A DNA stretch of 64,000 bases from Escherichia coli. Its GTDB lineage: Bacteria; Pseudomonadota; Gammaproteobacteria; Enterobacterales; Enterobacteriaceae. The notes beneath the pieces are model-generated. The model was not told the origin of the DNA, ran no database searches, and saw only the letters and a program-made list of their open reading frames with translations. Positions within the stretch are counted from its first letter, which is position 1. Every line of letters begins with the position of its first letter. The stretch lies in the NCBI RefSeq assembly GCF_024502345.1, contig NZ_JALDNN010000001.1; one strand, 5' to 3'. The position numbers were made by a program, and so were the translations under genes. Below, piece by piece: positions 20,650 to 30,563 of this stretch.

Positions 20650-21846
20650 TTAAGGTGCTACAGCGTGTTTGCCTTCCCAGACAACTTCGCGGTAGTGCTT
20701 CACGTCGGTGTCGCCTTCAGTGCTGATAACCAGCACTACGGCATCTTTGTTCAGCGCCAGTTTTTCCATCAGGCTTTGACGTTGCGGGTGATAATGAACC
20801 GCCGCGAGAACGCCCAAACCGACAGCGCCGGATTCACCGGAGATGATGCGCGGGTCGTTGCCGTACGGATTACCCAGCACGCGCATACCTAATGCGGCAA
20901 CGCTGTCCTGGCAGGAGATGAATTGGGTGGCGCAGTTACGTAGGATTTCCCAGCCCAGCGGGTTAGGTTCGCCACAGGCCAGGCCCGCCATGATGGTGGC
21001 CATATCACCGCCAACGTTGACGATGTCGCCTTTGACGCCGGAGCGATAAATACAGTCAGCTTTGTCAGGTTCAACAATAATGCTATGCAGATTTTGCGGG
21101 CTGTAGACGTCGACCAGATAACCCAGCACACCACCGGCCATTGCACCGACACCAGCTTGCAGCAGAACGTGCGTCGGGGTTACGCCCATTTCACGCATTT
21201 GCTCGACGGCTTCATCTGCCAGGGTTGCGTAGCCTTGCATGATCCAGGATGGGATTTTGGTGTAACCTTCCCATGCCGTGTCCTGTACTACTTCCCAGCC
21301 GTGCTGCTGCGCGTGTTGCATGGTCAGGCGAACGGTATCGTCATAGTTCATATCCGTGACGATGCACTCGGCACCGAGGTTCAGAATGGCGTCAACGCGT
21401 TCCTGAGCAGAACCTTTCGGCATGTAAATCACCGCATTCTGTCCGAGTTGCTGCGCTGCCCACGCCACACCGCGCCCGTGGTTGCCGTCGGTGGTGGTGG
21501 CGAAAGTCATTTTTTCGCCGATGGCATTTTTCAGGTGCTCAAATGACAGCGTTTCGATATCAAGATGATATTTTTCACACAATAATTGAGCGATAGCGTA
21601 CGCACCGCCGAGCATTTTGAAGGCGTTCAGACCGAATCGTTTTGATTCGTCTTTGACAAGAATTTTCTTCACACCAAAAAGGTTTGCGAGATCGTCCAGC
21701 GCACAAAGCGGTGTTGGGCGATAACCAGCTATTTTCTGGTGGAACTGGCGCGCCAGTTTGGCCTGGCTTTGCGAAAAGAGCGGTGATGTTTCGCCGTTGA
21801 AAAATTTGTTATCGGCGATATCAATCTTCAATGAGAAAACGGACAT
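20650..21846 (-). CDS. dpaL: 2,3-diaminopropionate ammonia-lyase (PLP-dependent)
   Basis: 398 aa ORF; PLP fold-type II features; synonym ygeX. Confidence 0.85.
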   Translation of the reverse strand: MSVFSLKIDIADNKFFNGETSPLFSQSQAKLARQFHQKIAGYRPTPLCALDDLANLFGVKKILVKDESKRFGLNAFKMLGGAYAIAQLLCEKYHLDIETLSFEHLKNAIGEKMTFATTTDGNHGRGVAWAAQQLGQNAVIYMPKGSAQERVDAILNLGAECIVTDMNYDDTVRLTMQHAQQHGWEVVQDTAWEGYTKIPSWIMQGYATLADEAVEQMREMGVTPTHVLLQAGVGAMAGGVLGYLVDVYSPQNLHSIIVEPDKADCIYRSGVKGDIVNVGGDMATIMAGLACGEPNPLGWEILRNCATQFISCQDSVAALGMRVLGNPYGNDPRIISGESGAVGLGVLAAVHYHPQRQSLMEKLALNKDAVVLVISTEGDTDVKHYREVVWEGKHAVAP

Positions 21847-21903
21847 ATCCTATCCTTTTGGCCTCTGGAAATAGAGGGCCGACCAGCTGATCGGCCCGAG
21901 GGG

Positions 21904-23094
21904 TTATTTCACGCGTTCTTGCGCTTCTTTCAGCAGTTGCTCGAGCAGTGCACCTGGTTTGGCGTATTTACGGGACAGGATCATCGCGGCGATGATATAA
22001 GGCTTCCAGCTGGCTTCTTTGTAGGTAGCGATACGGTATTTTTCGAATACGCCTTCAGTCACTTCACCTTCTTTGCAGGATACGCCGCTGATATCAGCTG
22101 GCAGGCAGTGCATGTACAGGGCTTCGCCATCACGGGTCAGTTCCATCATCTCTTCAGTACAATGCCAGTCTTTGTGTTGCGCGTTCTGTGCCAGACACTG
22201 TTTTTCCAGTGCTTTTAAGCCTTCGTGGTCGTTCGCACGCAGCAATTCAGTACGCTCTTCCATCACTTTGTAAGGTGCCCATGACTTCGGATAAACGATG
22301 TCTGCATCTTTGAACGCTTCTTCCATGCTGGTGACCTGACGGAAGCTACCGCCAGATGCTTTAGCATTGTTTTTCGCCACTTCAACCACATCCGGGATCA
22401 GGTCGTAGCCTTCCGGATGGGCCAGGGTGACATCCATACCGAAGCGAGTCATCAGACCGATGATGCCTTGTGGTACAGAGAGCGGTTTGCCATAGCTTGG
22501 AGAGTAGGCCCAGGTCATGGCGATTTTTTTACCTTTCAGGTTTTCCAGTGAACCAAAGTGTTCACGTAACCACGCGAGGTCAGCCATTGACTGAGTCGGG
22601 TGGTCAATATCGCATTGCAGGTTCACTAAAGCCGGACGCTGTGGCAGTACACCCTGCTTGTAACCGTCATCAAGTGCAGCGCCAACTTCACGCATATAGG
22701 CGTTGCCTGCGCCCAGATACATATCGTCGCGAATACCAATAGCGTCGGCGCAGAAGGAGATCATATTGGCGGTTTCACGCACGGTTTCGCCGTGAGCGAT
22801 TTGTGATTTGCCTTCGTCGAGATCTTGTTGTGCAAGGCCGAGCAGGTTAAGCGCGGAAGCATAAGAGAAGCGGGTACGGGTGGAGTTGTCGCGGAATACG
22901 GAAATACCTAATCCACTATTAAAGACTTTGGTTGAGATGTTTTCAGCACGCAGTGCTTTTAATGCTGCGGCAACGTCCAGTACTTGTTTCAGTTCATCTG
23001 GCGTCTGTTCCCACGTTAACAAAAAATCTTTCTCGTGAAGGTGAGAGGTCAGCGAATTGATATCCTTAATCAGCTCATTAACAGTTTTCATCAT
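21904..23094 (-). CDS. ygeW: transcarbamylase-family protein (ornithine/aspartate carbamoyltransferase-like)
   Basis: 396 aa ORF; carbamoyl-phosphate-binding STRTR motif. Confidence 0.8.
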   Translation of the reverse strand: MMKTVNELIKDINSLTSHLHEKDFLLTWEQTPDELKQVLDVAAALKALRAENISTKVFNSGLGISVFRDNSTRTRFSYASALNLLGLAQQDLDEGKSQIAHGETVRETANMISFCADAIGIRDDMYLGAGNAYMREVGAALDDGYKQGVLPQRPALVNLQCDIDHPTQSMADLAWLREHFGSLENLKGKKIAMTWAYSPSYGKPLSVPQGIIGLMTRFGMDVTLAHPEGYDLIPDVVEVAKNNAKASGGSFRQVTSMEEAFKDADIVYPKSWAPYKVMEERTELLRANDHEGLKALEKQCLAQNAQHKDWHCTEEMMELTRDGEALYMHCLPADISGVSCKEGEVTEGVFEKYRIATYKEASWKPYIIAAMILSRKYAKPGALLEQLLKEAQERVK

Positions 23095-23184
23095 AAAGTC
23101 CCGGTAGTGGAATGACAGGCAAAGTGGTTTATTTCACTGTGACTTGCCAAAGTGATTGGTGTTTTCACAGCTATACCTGGGACT

Positions 23185-23200
23185 AACAATAAGTGTGCCA
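23185..23200 (-). promoter_or_regulatory. weak candidate sigma-54 promoter upstream of ygeW
   Basis: minus-strand sequence TGGCACACTTATTGTT: perfect -24 TGGCAC, but the -12 element is TTGT rather than TTGC; about 100 bp upstream of the ygeW start. Confidence 0.2.
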
Positions 23201-23569
23201 GAATTATCCGCGCGGCTGCAAAAGACTAATTTGACGGATAATGTGTGGGGTTGATCACAAATTGATGCCAGCTTCTGGTTGTTTGTAAAATACGAAAACG
23301 TTTGGCTTTTTTTATCGCGTTATTTATTTGCTGCTAAGTATCAGAAATAAGATAAAGGGGCAGGCTATCTCTCTTCAGTTTGATAAACTCACCGCCGTAA
23401 TTCTCATATTGATATAGAAATGTGATATCTCTTCCATAATTTCATTAGAAAATGATAAAAATCTTATGTTTTTATCAAAGCCAATTTCGCCTGAGTTAAT
23501 ATCATCATGATCTGTGAACCATCAACGTCTTCAATGATCGACTTTTAAGTAAGTCTGGAAGGTAAAGCT

Positions 23570-25348
23570 ATGGAGCTTGCTACTACGCAGTCAGTATTGA
23601 TGCAAATTCAACCGACAATTCAGCGTTTTGCCAGAATGCTTGCCAGCGTTTTGCAGCTTGAGGTTGAGATCGTTGATGAAAACTTGTGTCGCGTCGCCGG
23701 AACGGGCGCGTATGGGAAGTTTCTTGGTCGCCAGTTGAGCGGCAACTCACGCCTGCTCCGCCACGTCCTGGAAACGAAAACTGAAAAAGTTGTGACACAG
23801 TCTCGCTTCGATCCCCTTTGCGAAGGTTGCGATAGTAAAGAAAATTGCCGCGAAAAAGCATTTCTGGGTACGCCTGTCATTTTACAGGATCGTTGTGTTG
23901 GGGTGATAAGTTTGATTGCCGTTACCCACGAGCAACAAGAGCATATCAGTGATAATTTACGCGAATTTTCTGATTATGTTCGCCATATATCCACCATTTT
24001 TGTTTCGAAACTTCTGGAGGATCAGGGGCCAGGAGATAACATCAGTAAAATATTCGCGACCATGATCGATAATATGGATCAGGGCGTATTAGTTGTTGAT
24101 GATGAAAGTCGGGTTCAGTTTGTTAATCAGACTGCCTTAAAAACACTTGGTGTTGTACAAAATAATATTATTGGGAAACCTATCCGTTTCAGACCATTAA
24201 CATTTGAGAGTAATTTTACTCATGGACATATGCAGCATATTGTTTCGTGGGACGATAAAAGTGAATTAATCATTGGTCAATTGCATAACATTCAGGGCCG
24301 ACAATTATTTTTAATGGCATTTCACCAATCGCATACCAGTTTTTCTGTAGCAAATGCACCTGATGAACCACATATTGAACAATTGGTTGGCGAGTGCCGT
24401 GTTATGCGGCAATTAAAACGACTCATTAGCCGTATTGCACCCAGCCCATCCAGCGTTATGGTGGTTGGTGAAAGTGGCACGGGTAAAGAAGTCGTCGCCC
24501 GAGCAATCCATAAGTTGAGCGGAAGACGGAATAAACCCTTTATTGCTATCAACTGTGCCGCGATTCCGGAGCAGCTTCTGGAAAGCGAACTGTTCGGTTA
24601 TGTTAAAGGCGCATTTACTGGCGCTTCTGCCAACGGTAAAACAGGGTTGATTCAGGCGGCGAATACGGGCACGCTGTTTCTCGATGAAATAGGTGATATG
24701 CCATTAATGTTGCAGGCTAAATTACTGCGCGCTATTGAGGCGCGTGAAATTCTGCCGATTGGTGCCAGTAGCCCAATACAAGTCGACATTCGCATCATTT
24801 CTGCAACTAATCAGAATTTGGCCCAGTTCATTGCCGAAGGTAAATTCCGCGAAGATCTCTTCTACCGACTTAATGTTATCCCGATAACTCTGCCACCGCT
24901 GCGTGAACGTCAGGAAGATATTGAACTATTGGTGCATTACTTTTTACATCTGCATACCCGTCGTCTGGGATCGGTTTATCCTGGCATTGCTCCCGATGTC
25001 GTCGAAATATTGCGTAAGCATCGTTGGCCCGGAAACCTGCGCGAGTTAAGCAATTTGATGGAATATCTGGTTAACGTAGTTCCTTCAGGTGAAGTTATCG
25101 ACAGCACGCTATTGCCGCCAAATCTGCTGAATAATGGCACAACGGAGCAAAGTGATGTAACAGAGGTCAGTGAGGCGCACCTGTCACTCGATGATGCGGG
25201 CGGCACGGCGCTGGAGGAGATGGAAAAGCAAATGATCCGCGAGGCGCTTTCACGTCATAACAGCAAGAAGCAAGTTGCTGATGAACTGGGCATCGGCATT
25301 GCTACGCTCTATCGCAAGATTAAGAAATATGAGTTGTTAAACACATAA
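23570..25348 (+). CDS. ygeV: sigma-54-dependent transcriptional activator (bacterial enhancer-binding protein)
   Basis: 592 aa ORF; AAA+ sigma-54 interaction domain with Walker A (GESGTGKE) and GAFTGA motif; C-terminal Fis-type HTH. Confidence 0.85.
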   Translation: MELATTQSVLMQIQPTIQRFARMLASVLQLEVEIVDENLCRVAGTGAYGKFLGRQLSGNSRLLRHVLETKTEKVVTQSRFDPLCEGCDSKENCREKAFLGTPVILQDRCVGVISLIAVTHEQQEHISDNLREFSDYVRHISTIFVSKLLEDQGPGDNISKIFATMIDNMDQGVLVVDDESRVQFVNQTALKTLGVVQNNIIGKPIRFRPLTFESNFTHGHMQHIVSWDDKSELIIGQLHNIQGRQLFLMAFHQSHTSFSVANAPDEPHIEQLVGECRVMRQLKRLISRIAPSPSSVMVVGESGTGKEVVARAIHKLSGRRNKPFIAINCAAIPEQLLESELFGYVKGAFTGASANGKTGLIQAANTGTLFLDEIGDMPLMLQAKLLRAIEAREILPIGASSPIQVDIRIISATNQNLAQFIAEGKFREDLFYRLNVIPITLPPLRERQEDIELLVHYFLHLHTRRLGSVYPGIAPDVVEILRKHRWPGNLRELSNLMEYLVNVVPSGEVIDSTLLPPNLLNNGTTEQSDVTEVSEAHLSLDDAGGTALEEMEKQMIREALSRHNSKKQVADELGIGIATLYRKIKKYELLNT

Positions 25349-25357
25349 CCTCAGTGA

Positions 25358-25381
25358 ATCCGGCCTGAATTCAGGCCGGAT
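25358..25381. terminator. bidirectional stem-loop between convergent ygeV and xdhC
   Basis: perfect inverted repeat ATCCGGCCTGAATTCAGGCCGGAT in the 39-bp gap between the two stop codons. Confidence 0.5.
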
Positions 25382-25387
25382 ATCCTT

Positions 25388-25867
25388 TTACTTCGTTTTC
25401 TCGCAATCCAGAACTGTATTTACAATCATCTGATACCCCGTGCAGCGACAAAGATTTCCCGCCAGTCCGCGACGAATTTCCGTAATGGTTAATGGCTTCT
25501 CGCGTGGTTTCGCCAGCATTGCCGTGGTAGCCATAATCAGGCCAGGCGTACAAAACCCGCACTGCACTGCGCCGGATTTCGCATAAGCCTGCTGAACATG
25601 AGAAAGTTTTCCGCCTTTCGCTTCACCTTCCAGCGTGCGGATCTCTTTTCCTTCAGCCCAGGCGGCAAGGTATAAGCAACTGTCTATTGCTGTGCCGTCG
25701 ACCAACACCGTACAGGCACCACATTCACCCACGCAGCACCCTTGTTTGACACTTAGCAGTCCTTGTTCGCGGAGTAATTCCGAGAGCGGCGTGCCTGGTG
25801 CGGCGTGAAGCTGAAAAGGCATCCCGTTAATGGTGCATTCGATGGTAATTGTTTCGCTGTGATTCAT
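25388..25867 (-). CDS. xdhC: xanthine dehydrogenase 2Fe-2S subunit
   Basis: 159 aa ORF; ferredoxin-like cysteine clusters ([16 protein letters not shown]). Confidence 0.85.
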
Positions 25868-26742
25868 TGCAATTTTCCCCCCGCCGCGGCGACGGCTTCG
25901 CTAATCACTTTTTTGGTCATCGTCTGGATGAGATGCAGACGAAACTCTTTACTGGCCCGCCATGAAGAACGCGGGGCGACATCTTGCAGGACAGATTCGC
26001 TGATAGCTTCCAGCGTTTGCAGGTTTAATGGCGCATTTTGTGCAGTCTGTTCGGCATGTTGGCAGCGAATCGGCGTTGGCGCGGCAACACCAAATGCCAG
26101 GCGTAATTCGCTGAAATTGTCGTTATCCAGTCGGCAATGTGCGGCGCAGCCAATCGTTGAAATATCCATTGCGTCGCGCATGGCATATTTAAAATGCGCG
26201 CTGCCCGCGTGTTCTTTCGGCTGTGGCGGAAAATGAAAGGCGACGAGGATTTCGTCATGCTCAAGAGACACTTTGCCCGGCCCGGTGTGAAAGCCATTAA
26301 TCGGGACGAAACGAACACCGCGCGGGGAGTGGATCTCCAGTTTCGCGTCATAAATTAGCGTTGGCGTGGCAGAATCTGCGCTGGTGGCACCGTTGCAAAT
26401 ATTTCCACCGTAGGTAGCGACGTTACGGATCTGCGGTCCAGCAATGGACGTGGCCGCAGCACATAACGCCGGGAGATGACGTTGAGTTATAGGATCTTCT
26501 ATTAGCTGGGTAAATGTCGTTGCAGAGCCGATACGTAGCGAGCCATCTTCCGCCAGCGTAATTCCCCGCAGCTCCGCCAGATTATGAATATCAACAATAT
26601 GGCGATAACGGTCATTGTGATGGTGGAGCTGAATCAGTACGTCAGTGCCACCGGCGAGCAGTTTGGCCTGCGGGTTGTCAGCCAGCAGGTTGATGGCATC
26701 GGCAAGGGTTGCTGCGCGATGGTAAGAAGCAAAATCAAACAT
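25864..26742 (-). CDS. xdhB: xanthine dehydrogenase FAD-binding subunit
   Basis: 292 aa ORF; stop overlaps the xdhC start. Confidence 0.85.
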
Positions 26743-26752
26743 GATGTTATCC

Positions 26753-29011
26753 TCAAATCAATCCTGCCAGATGGAACTCTTCATATAACCGTTTTGGCGT
26801 CAGCGGCAGTGTATTGATTGCAACACCGGTAGCCATCTTCACCGCGTTACGAATAGCAGCGGCAACAGGAATTATTGGTGGCTCACCCAGTGACTTATGT
26901 CCGTATGCGGATTGCGGCTCATTGATTTCGACGAACGCGCTTTCCAGTTGTGGCAGATCCGGCATGGTCGGCATTTTGTAATCCAGCAGATTGGGGTTAC
27001 GGACCACGCCGCTTTTAGCATCGATGATCATCTCTTCAAATAGCGCCCAGCCAATGCCCATTCCCATTCCGCCGTGTACCTGACCTTCTGCCAGCAGTGG
27101 ATTAAGAATATGCCCTGAATCATGAACGTTGAGGATGCGGTTGATGGTGACTTTGCACAGCGCAATATCGACCGTCAGATCAACAAAGGTACAGCCAAAC
27201 GCCGGTGGGTTAGTGGTGGTTTTGATGGAGCTTTCAGCAGAGAGCTGCCCGCCGCGTTCAGGGTGGTAGAAAGCGTCCATCGCCAAATCTTTTAACGACA
27301 TTAACGGCTCTTCCGGTCGTTCAACCAGCACGATATGGCCTTTTATCAGGGTCAGATTCATCGCTGACTGATGTAGCATGACTGCGGCGTGAGCGATGAT
27401 TTTCTCTTTTAATAATAGTGCCGCACTGCGCAGCGCAGGCGCGGCAACATAGCTCTGGCGTGAGGCAAATGCGCCGGGATCGAACGGCGTAACGTCGGTA
27501 TCTTGAGTTGAAATAACGCGAACGTCGCTGACCGGAACCCCCACGGTTTCTGCCACCATTTGCGAGAAGACGGTGTCGGCACCCTGACCGATTTCCGTCG
27601 CGCCGCTTTGCACGTTGATGGTTCCATCCTGATTCATCAGAAGGCGCGCGCCTGCTATTTCTACGCCGACAGGCCAGGTGTTAGAGGTGTAGCTAAAACA
27701 GGCGACGCCAACGCCGCGGCGCAAATTGCCTTGCTGGTTCTGGCATTCTGCACGGCGTTTTTCCCATTCAAAGATTTTCCGGCCTTTTTCAAGACACTCC
27801 GGCAACCCTGCGCTGTAAATACGTTTGCCCGTGAGCGGATTAGCATCTCCTTCGCGGGCGGCGTTGCGTAAACGAATTTCAACAGGATCAATACCTAACG
27901 CTGTCGCGGCGTCATCAAGCATAGACTCAACGGCAAATACGACTTGTGGCGCGCCATAACCACGCATCGCACCAGCCGAGGGGAGGTTGGTATAGCAGGT
28001 CTTTGAACTGTAAGCGTAGGCACAACGAGGATAAAGGTAAGCGACTTTATTCCCCCCCGCAGAAGCGATGGAGTGCCCGTGAGATGCATAAGCGCCGGTG
28101 TTAGACAGAACATCCAGACTATAACCTTTCAATGTTCCGTCGCGGTTCACGCCCATTTGCCCGTCAATGGTAAAAGCGTGGCGGGTACGGGTTGCGAGGA
28201 AACACTCTTCACGGCTAAGGGAAACTTTCACCGGAATGCCGCCAAGCTTGCTGGTCAGGAATGCCGCCATTGGCTCTTCCAGTACATCCTGTTTATTACC
28301 AAAACCGCCACCGACAAATGGTTTGATGACTCGTACGCATGACCAGGGAATATCCAGCGCCTGACCAACCACGCGGCGAACAATGTGCGGGATCTGGGTG
28401 CTGGAAACGATGGTAATTCGCGAGTCATCCTCCATCCACGCCAGCGATGTTACGCTTTCCATGTGACAATGTTGAATAACGGGGGTCTGATAGTGCCCCT
28501 GTACCTGGTAGTCGGCGGCATCGATTGTTTGTTGGACATTACCCGTCGACATCGTGCTTTGTTTCAGTAAATTGCCACCGTTATGGATTGGTGCAGCGTC
28601 TTCTGCCAGCGCCGCTTCTGGCGTGGTGATAACGGGTAATTCTTGCCACTCAATGCTGACCAATTGCGCCGCTTTTTCTGCCGTGAGTTCATCGCGGGCC
28701 ACGACGATGGCAACGGCGTCACCATGATGACGAACATGGCGAGTTAGCAGTGCGCGATCGGCGGTATCGCGCTTGTTTTCGTCAAGTGTCCAGGCATGCC
28801 CAGCTGTAGCGAATGGAATATCAGGCACATCTTCCCAGGTAAAAATCGCCAGTACGCCCGGCAAACTTCTGGCTTGTTCATCATTAATACTTACGGCATA
28901 ACCATGTGCGATAGGGCTACGTACATATTTCGCATAACACATGCCCGCCATAACATAATCGTCAGTATATCGTGCCCGCCCGGTGACCTTAGCAATGGCA
29001 TCGACGCGCAT
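26753..29011 (-). CDS. xdhA: xanthine dehydrogenase molybdopterin-binding subunit
   Basis: ORF 26753..29050 trimmed to MRVDAIAKVTGRARY...; 752 aa; molybdopterin hydroxylase motifs (GGGFGNK). Confidence 0.85.
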   Translation of the reverse strand: MRVDAIAKVTGRARYTDDYVMAGMCYAKYVRSPIAHGYAVSINDEQARSLPGVLAIFTWEDVPDIPFATAGHAWTLDENKRDTADRALLTRHVRHHGDAVAIVVARDELTAEKAAQLVSIEWQELPVITTPEAALAEDAAPIHNGGNLLKQSTMSTGNVQQTIDAADYQVQGHYQTPVIQHCHMESVTSLAWMEDDSRITIVSSTQIPHIVRRVVGQALDIPWSCVRVIKPFVGGGFGNKQDVLEEPMAAFLTSKLGGIPVKVSLSREECFLATRTRHAFTIDGQMGVNRDGTLKGYSLDVLSNTGAYASHGHSIASAGGNKVAYLYPRCAYAYSSKTCYTNLPSAGAMRGYGAPQVVFAVESMLDDAATALGIDPVEIRLRNAAREGDANPLTGKRIYSAGLPECLEKGRKIFEWEKRRAECQNQQGNLRRGVGVACFSYTSNTWPVGVEIAGARLLMNQDGTINVQSGATEIGQGADTVFSQMVAETVGVPVSDVRVISTQDTDVTPFDPGAFASRQSYVAAPALRSAALLLKEKIIAHAAVMLHQSAMNLTLIKGHIVLVERPEEPLMSLKDLAMDAFYHPERGGQLSAESSIKTTTNPPAFGCTFVDLTVDIALCKVTINRILNVHDSGHILNPLLAEGQVHGGMGMGIGWALFEEMIIDAKSGVVRNPNLLDYKMPTMPDLPQLESAFVEINEPQSAYGHKSLGEPPIIPVAAAIRNAVKMATGVAINTLPLTPKRLYEEFHLAGLI

Positions 29012-29105
29012 GCATGATTCACCCGTAGCGGTTGCTTCCCGCGCTTCCATAGAAATCCCCTCGATTTGAACATTTGGTTCTTATGGCAAAGATTTAGTCT
29101 AAGCA

Positions 29106-29122
29106 GGCAAGATTTACGCCAG
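29106..29122 (-). promoter_or_regulatory. candidate sigma-54 (-24/-12) promoter upstream of xdhABC
   Basis: minus-strand sequence CTGGCGTAAATCTTGCC: matches YTGGCACG-N4-TTGCW at the GG and TTGC core positions; about 95 bp upstream of the xdhA start. Confidence 0.35.
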
Positions 29123-29464
29123 AAACGACGATAAGCGTTAGGGGAGGTAGGAAGTGTGATGACGTTAAAAAAACACAGATATGATACGAAACAGGACTCT
29201 GAATAGGGGCAGTGATACGTATCAATATGAGTGGCGATAAAATCAATGTGATAAATTGGGATTATTACGCATCAGGATGGGAAATAGGGTAAAAAGTCAG
29301 GAACTTCGATACCTCTACAGCGAATATTTTGCTGATGATACTTCCCTTTGCCAAATGAAATTAACCTCTTTCTCTATTACCACGTTTTTCCAGAAGCAAG
29401 AGATTGGGTATCAAGAGGCTGGCTGCTATGATAAGGCGTCTTGTTTTTTAAGCGAGGAAAGATT

Positions 29465-30220
29465 TTGAGTGCGGGACGCCTGAATAAAAAATCTCTGGGT
29501 ATCGTGATGTTGTTATCGGTTGGACTGCTTTTGGCGGGCTGTTCGGGTAGCAAATCATCCGATACAGGAACGTATTCCGGCTCCGTTTACACCGTGAAAC
29601 GGGGGGATACGCTATATCGTATTTCGCGCACCACGGGAACCAGCGTAAAAGAACTGGCGCGACTGAACGGCATTTCCCCCCCTTACACCATTGAAGTTGG
29701 TCAGAAACTAAAACTGGGTGGGGCGAAAAGTAGCAGTAGTACACGTAAATCAACCGCCAAATCAACGACCAAAACCGCATCGGTTACACCGTCATCAGCG
29801 GTACCGAAATCTTCCTGGCCGCCAGTAGGGCAACGTTGTTGGTTATGGCCAACGACAGGGAAAGTTATCATGCCGTATTCGACAGCAGATGGCGGCAATA
29901 AAGGGATTGATATCTCAGCTCCACGGGGTACACCTATTTACGCCGCGGGTGCAGGAAAGGTGGTGTATGTGGGCAACCAGCTGCGTGGCTACGGTAATCT
30001 CATCATGATTAAACACAGTGAAGATTACATTACGGCTTACGCCCATAATGACACGATGCTGGTAAATAATGGGCAAAGCGTGAAGGCTGGGCAAAAAATC
30101 GCCACTATGGGGAGCACGGATGCGGCATCTGTTCGCCTGCATTTCCAGATTCGTTACCGTGCAACGGCAATTGATCCGCTACGTTACTTGCCGCCGCAGG
30201 GCAGCAAGCCAAAATGCTGA
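29465..30220 (+). CDS. ygeR: LysM-domain / M23-peptidase-family lipoprotein
   Basis: lipobox LLAGCSG after a signal peptide, LysM motif (YTVKRGDTLYRISRTTG) and C-terminal M23 domain; the ORF track starts at TTG 29441, a TTG at 29465 is the more likely start. Confidence 0.8.
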   Translation: MSAGRLNKKSLGIVMLLSVGLLLAGCSGSKSSDTGTYSGSVYTVKRGDTLYRISRTTGTSVKELARLNGISPPYTIEVGQKLKLGGAKSSSSTRKSTAKSTTKTASVTPSSAVPKSSWPPVGQRCWLWPTTGKVIMPYSTADGGNKGIDISAPRGTPIYAAGAGKVVYVGNQLRGYGNLIMIKHSEDYITAYAHNDTMLVNNGQSVKAGQKIATMGSTDAASVRLHFQIRYRATAIDPLRYLPPQGSKPKC

Positions 30221-30298
30221 TGGCGAATTAATCAGCAGTCAGCAGCGCGGCACTTGCTAAGGAGAGCGTAAGGTTTATAATGCCTTACGCATCTCGAA

Positions 30299-30372
30299 GC
30301 GGGCGTAGTTCAATGGTAGAACGAGAGCTTCCCAAGCTCTATACGAGGGTTCGATTCCCTTCGCCCGCTCCA
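30299..30372 (+). tRNA. glyU: tRNA-Gly (anticodon CCC)
   Basis: 74-nt sequence GCGGGCGTAGTTCAATGGTAGAACGAGAGCTTCCCAAGCTCTATACGAGGGTTCGATTCCCTTCGCCCGCTCCA with cloverleaf and CCC anticodon. Confidence 0.95.
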
Positions 30373-30563
30373 ATTTATCTTCACCTGATCAATCTGCCAT
30401 TTTTGCTGTATCTGATTTTCTATATTATCTTAATTCAATCGCTTCAGGCTTTTCGCAATCGCTGTAACACTTCCCCATTTTTTTGTAAATAAAAAGCGTT
30501 TACGCAATGCAATCCTTTTGTAACAACCCAGGTAAAACACCTTATTTTCAAGTTGTTAAATAA

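Noticed and set aside
5350-29011. Selenocysteine (UGA recoding) in the molybdenum hydroxylase genes
   Set aside because: xdhA, xdhD and ygfK are continuous ORFs of the expected lengths with no in-frame TGA, so there is no sequence evidence for recoding, even though the cluster is bioinformatically linked to selenium-dependent hydroxylases.
29256-29468. 70-aa ORF upstream of ygeR
   Set aside because: It lies in the ygeR promoter/leader region with no ribosome-binding site and an AT-rich, low-complexity translation; probably non-coding.
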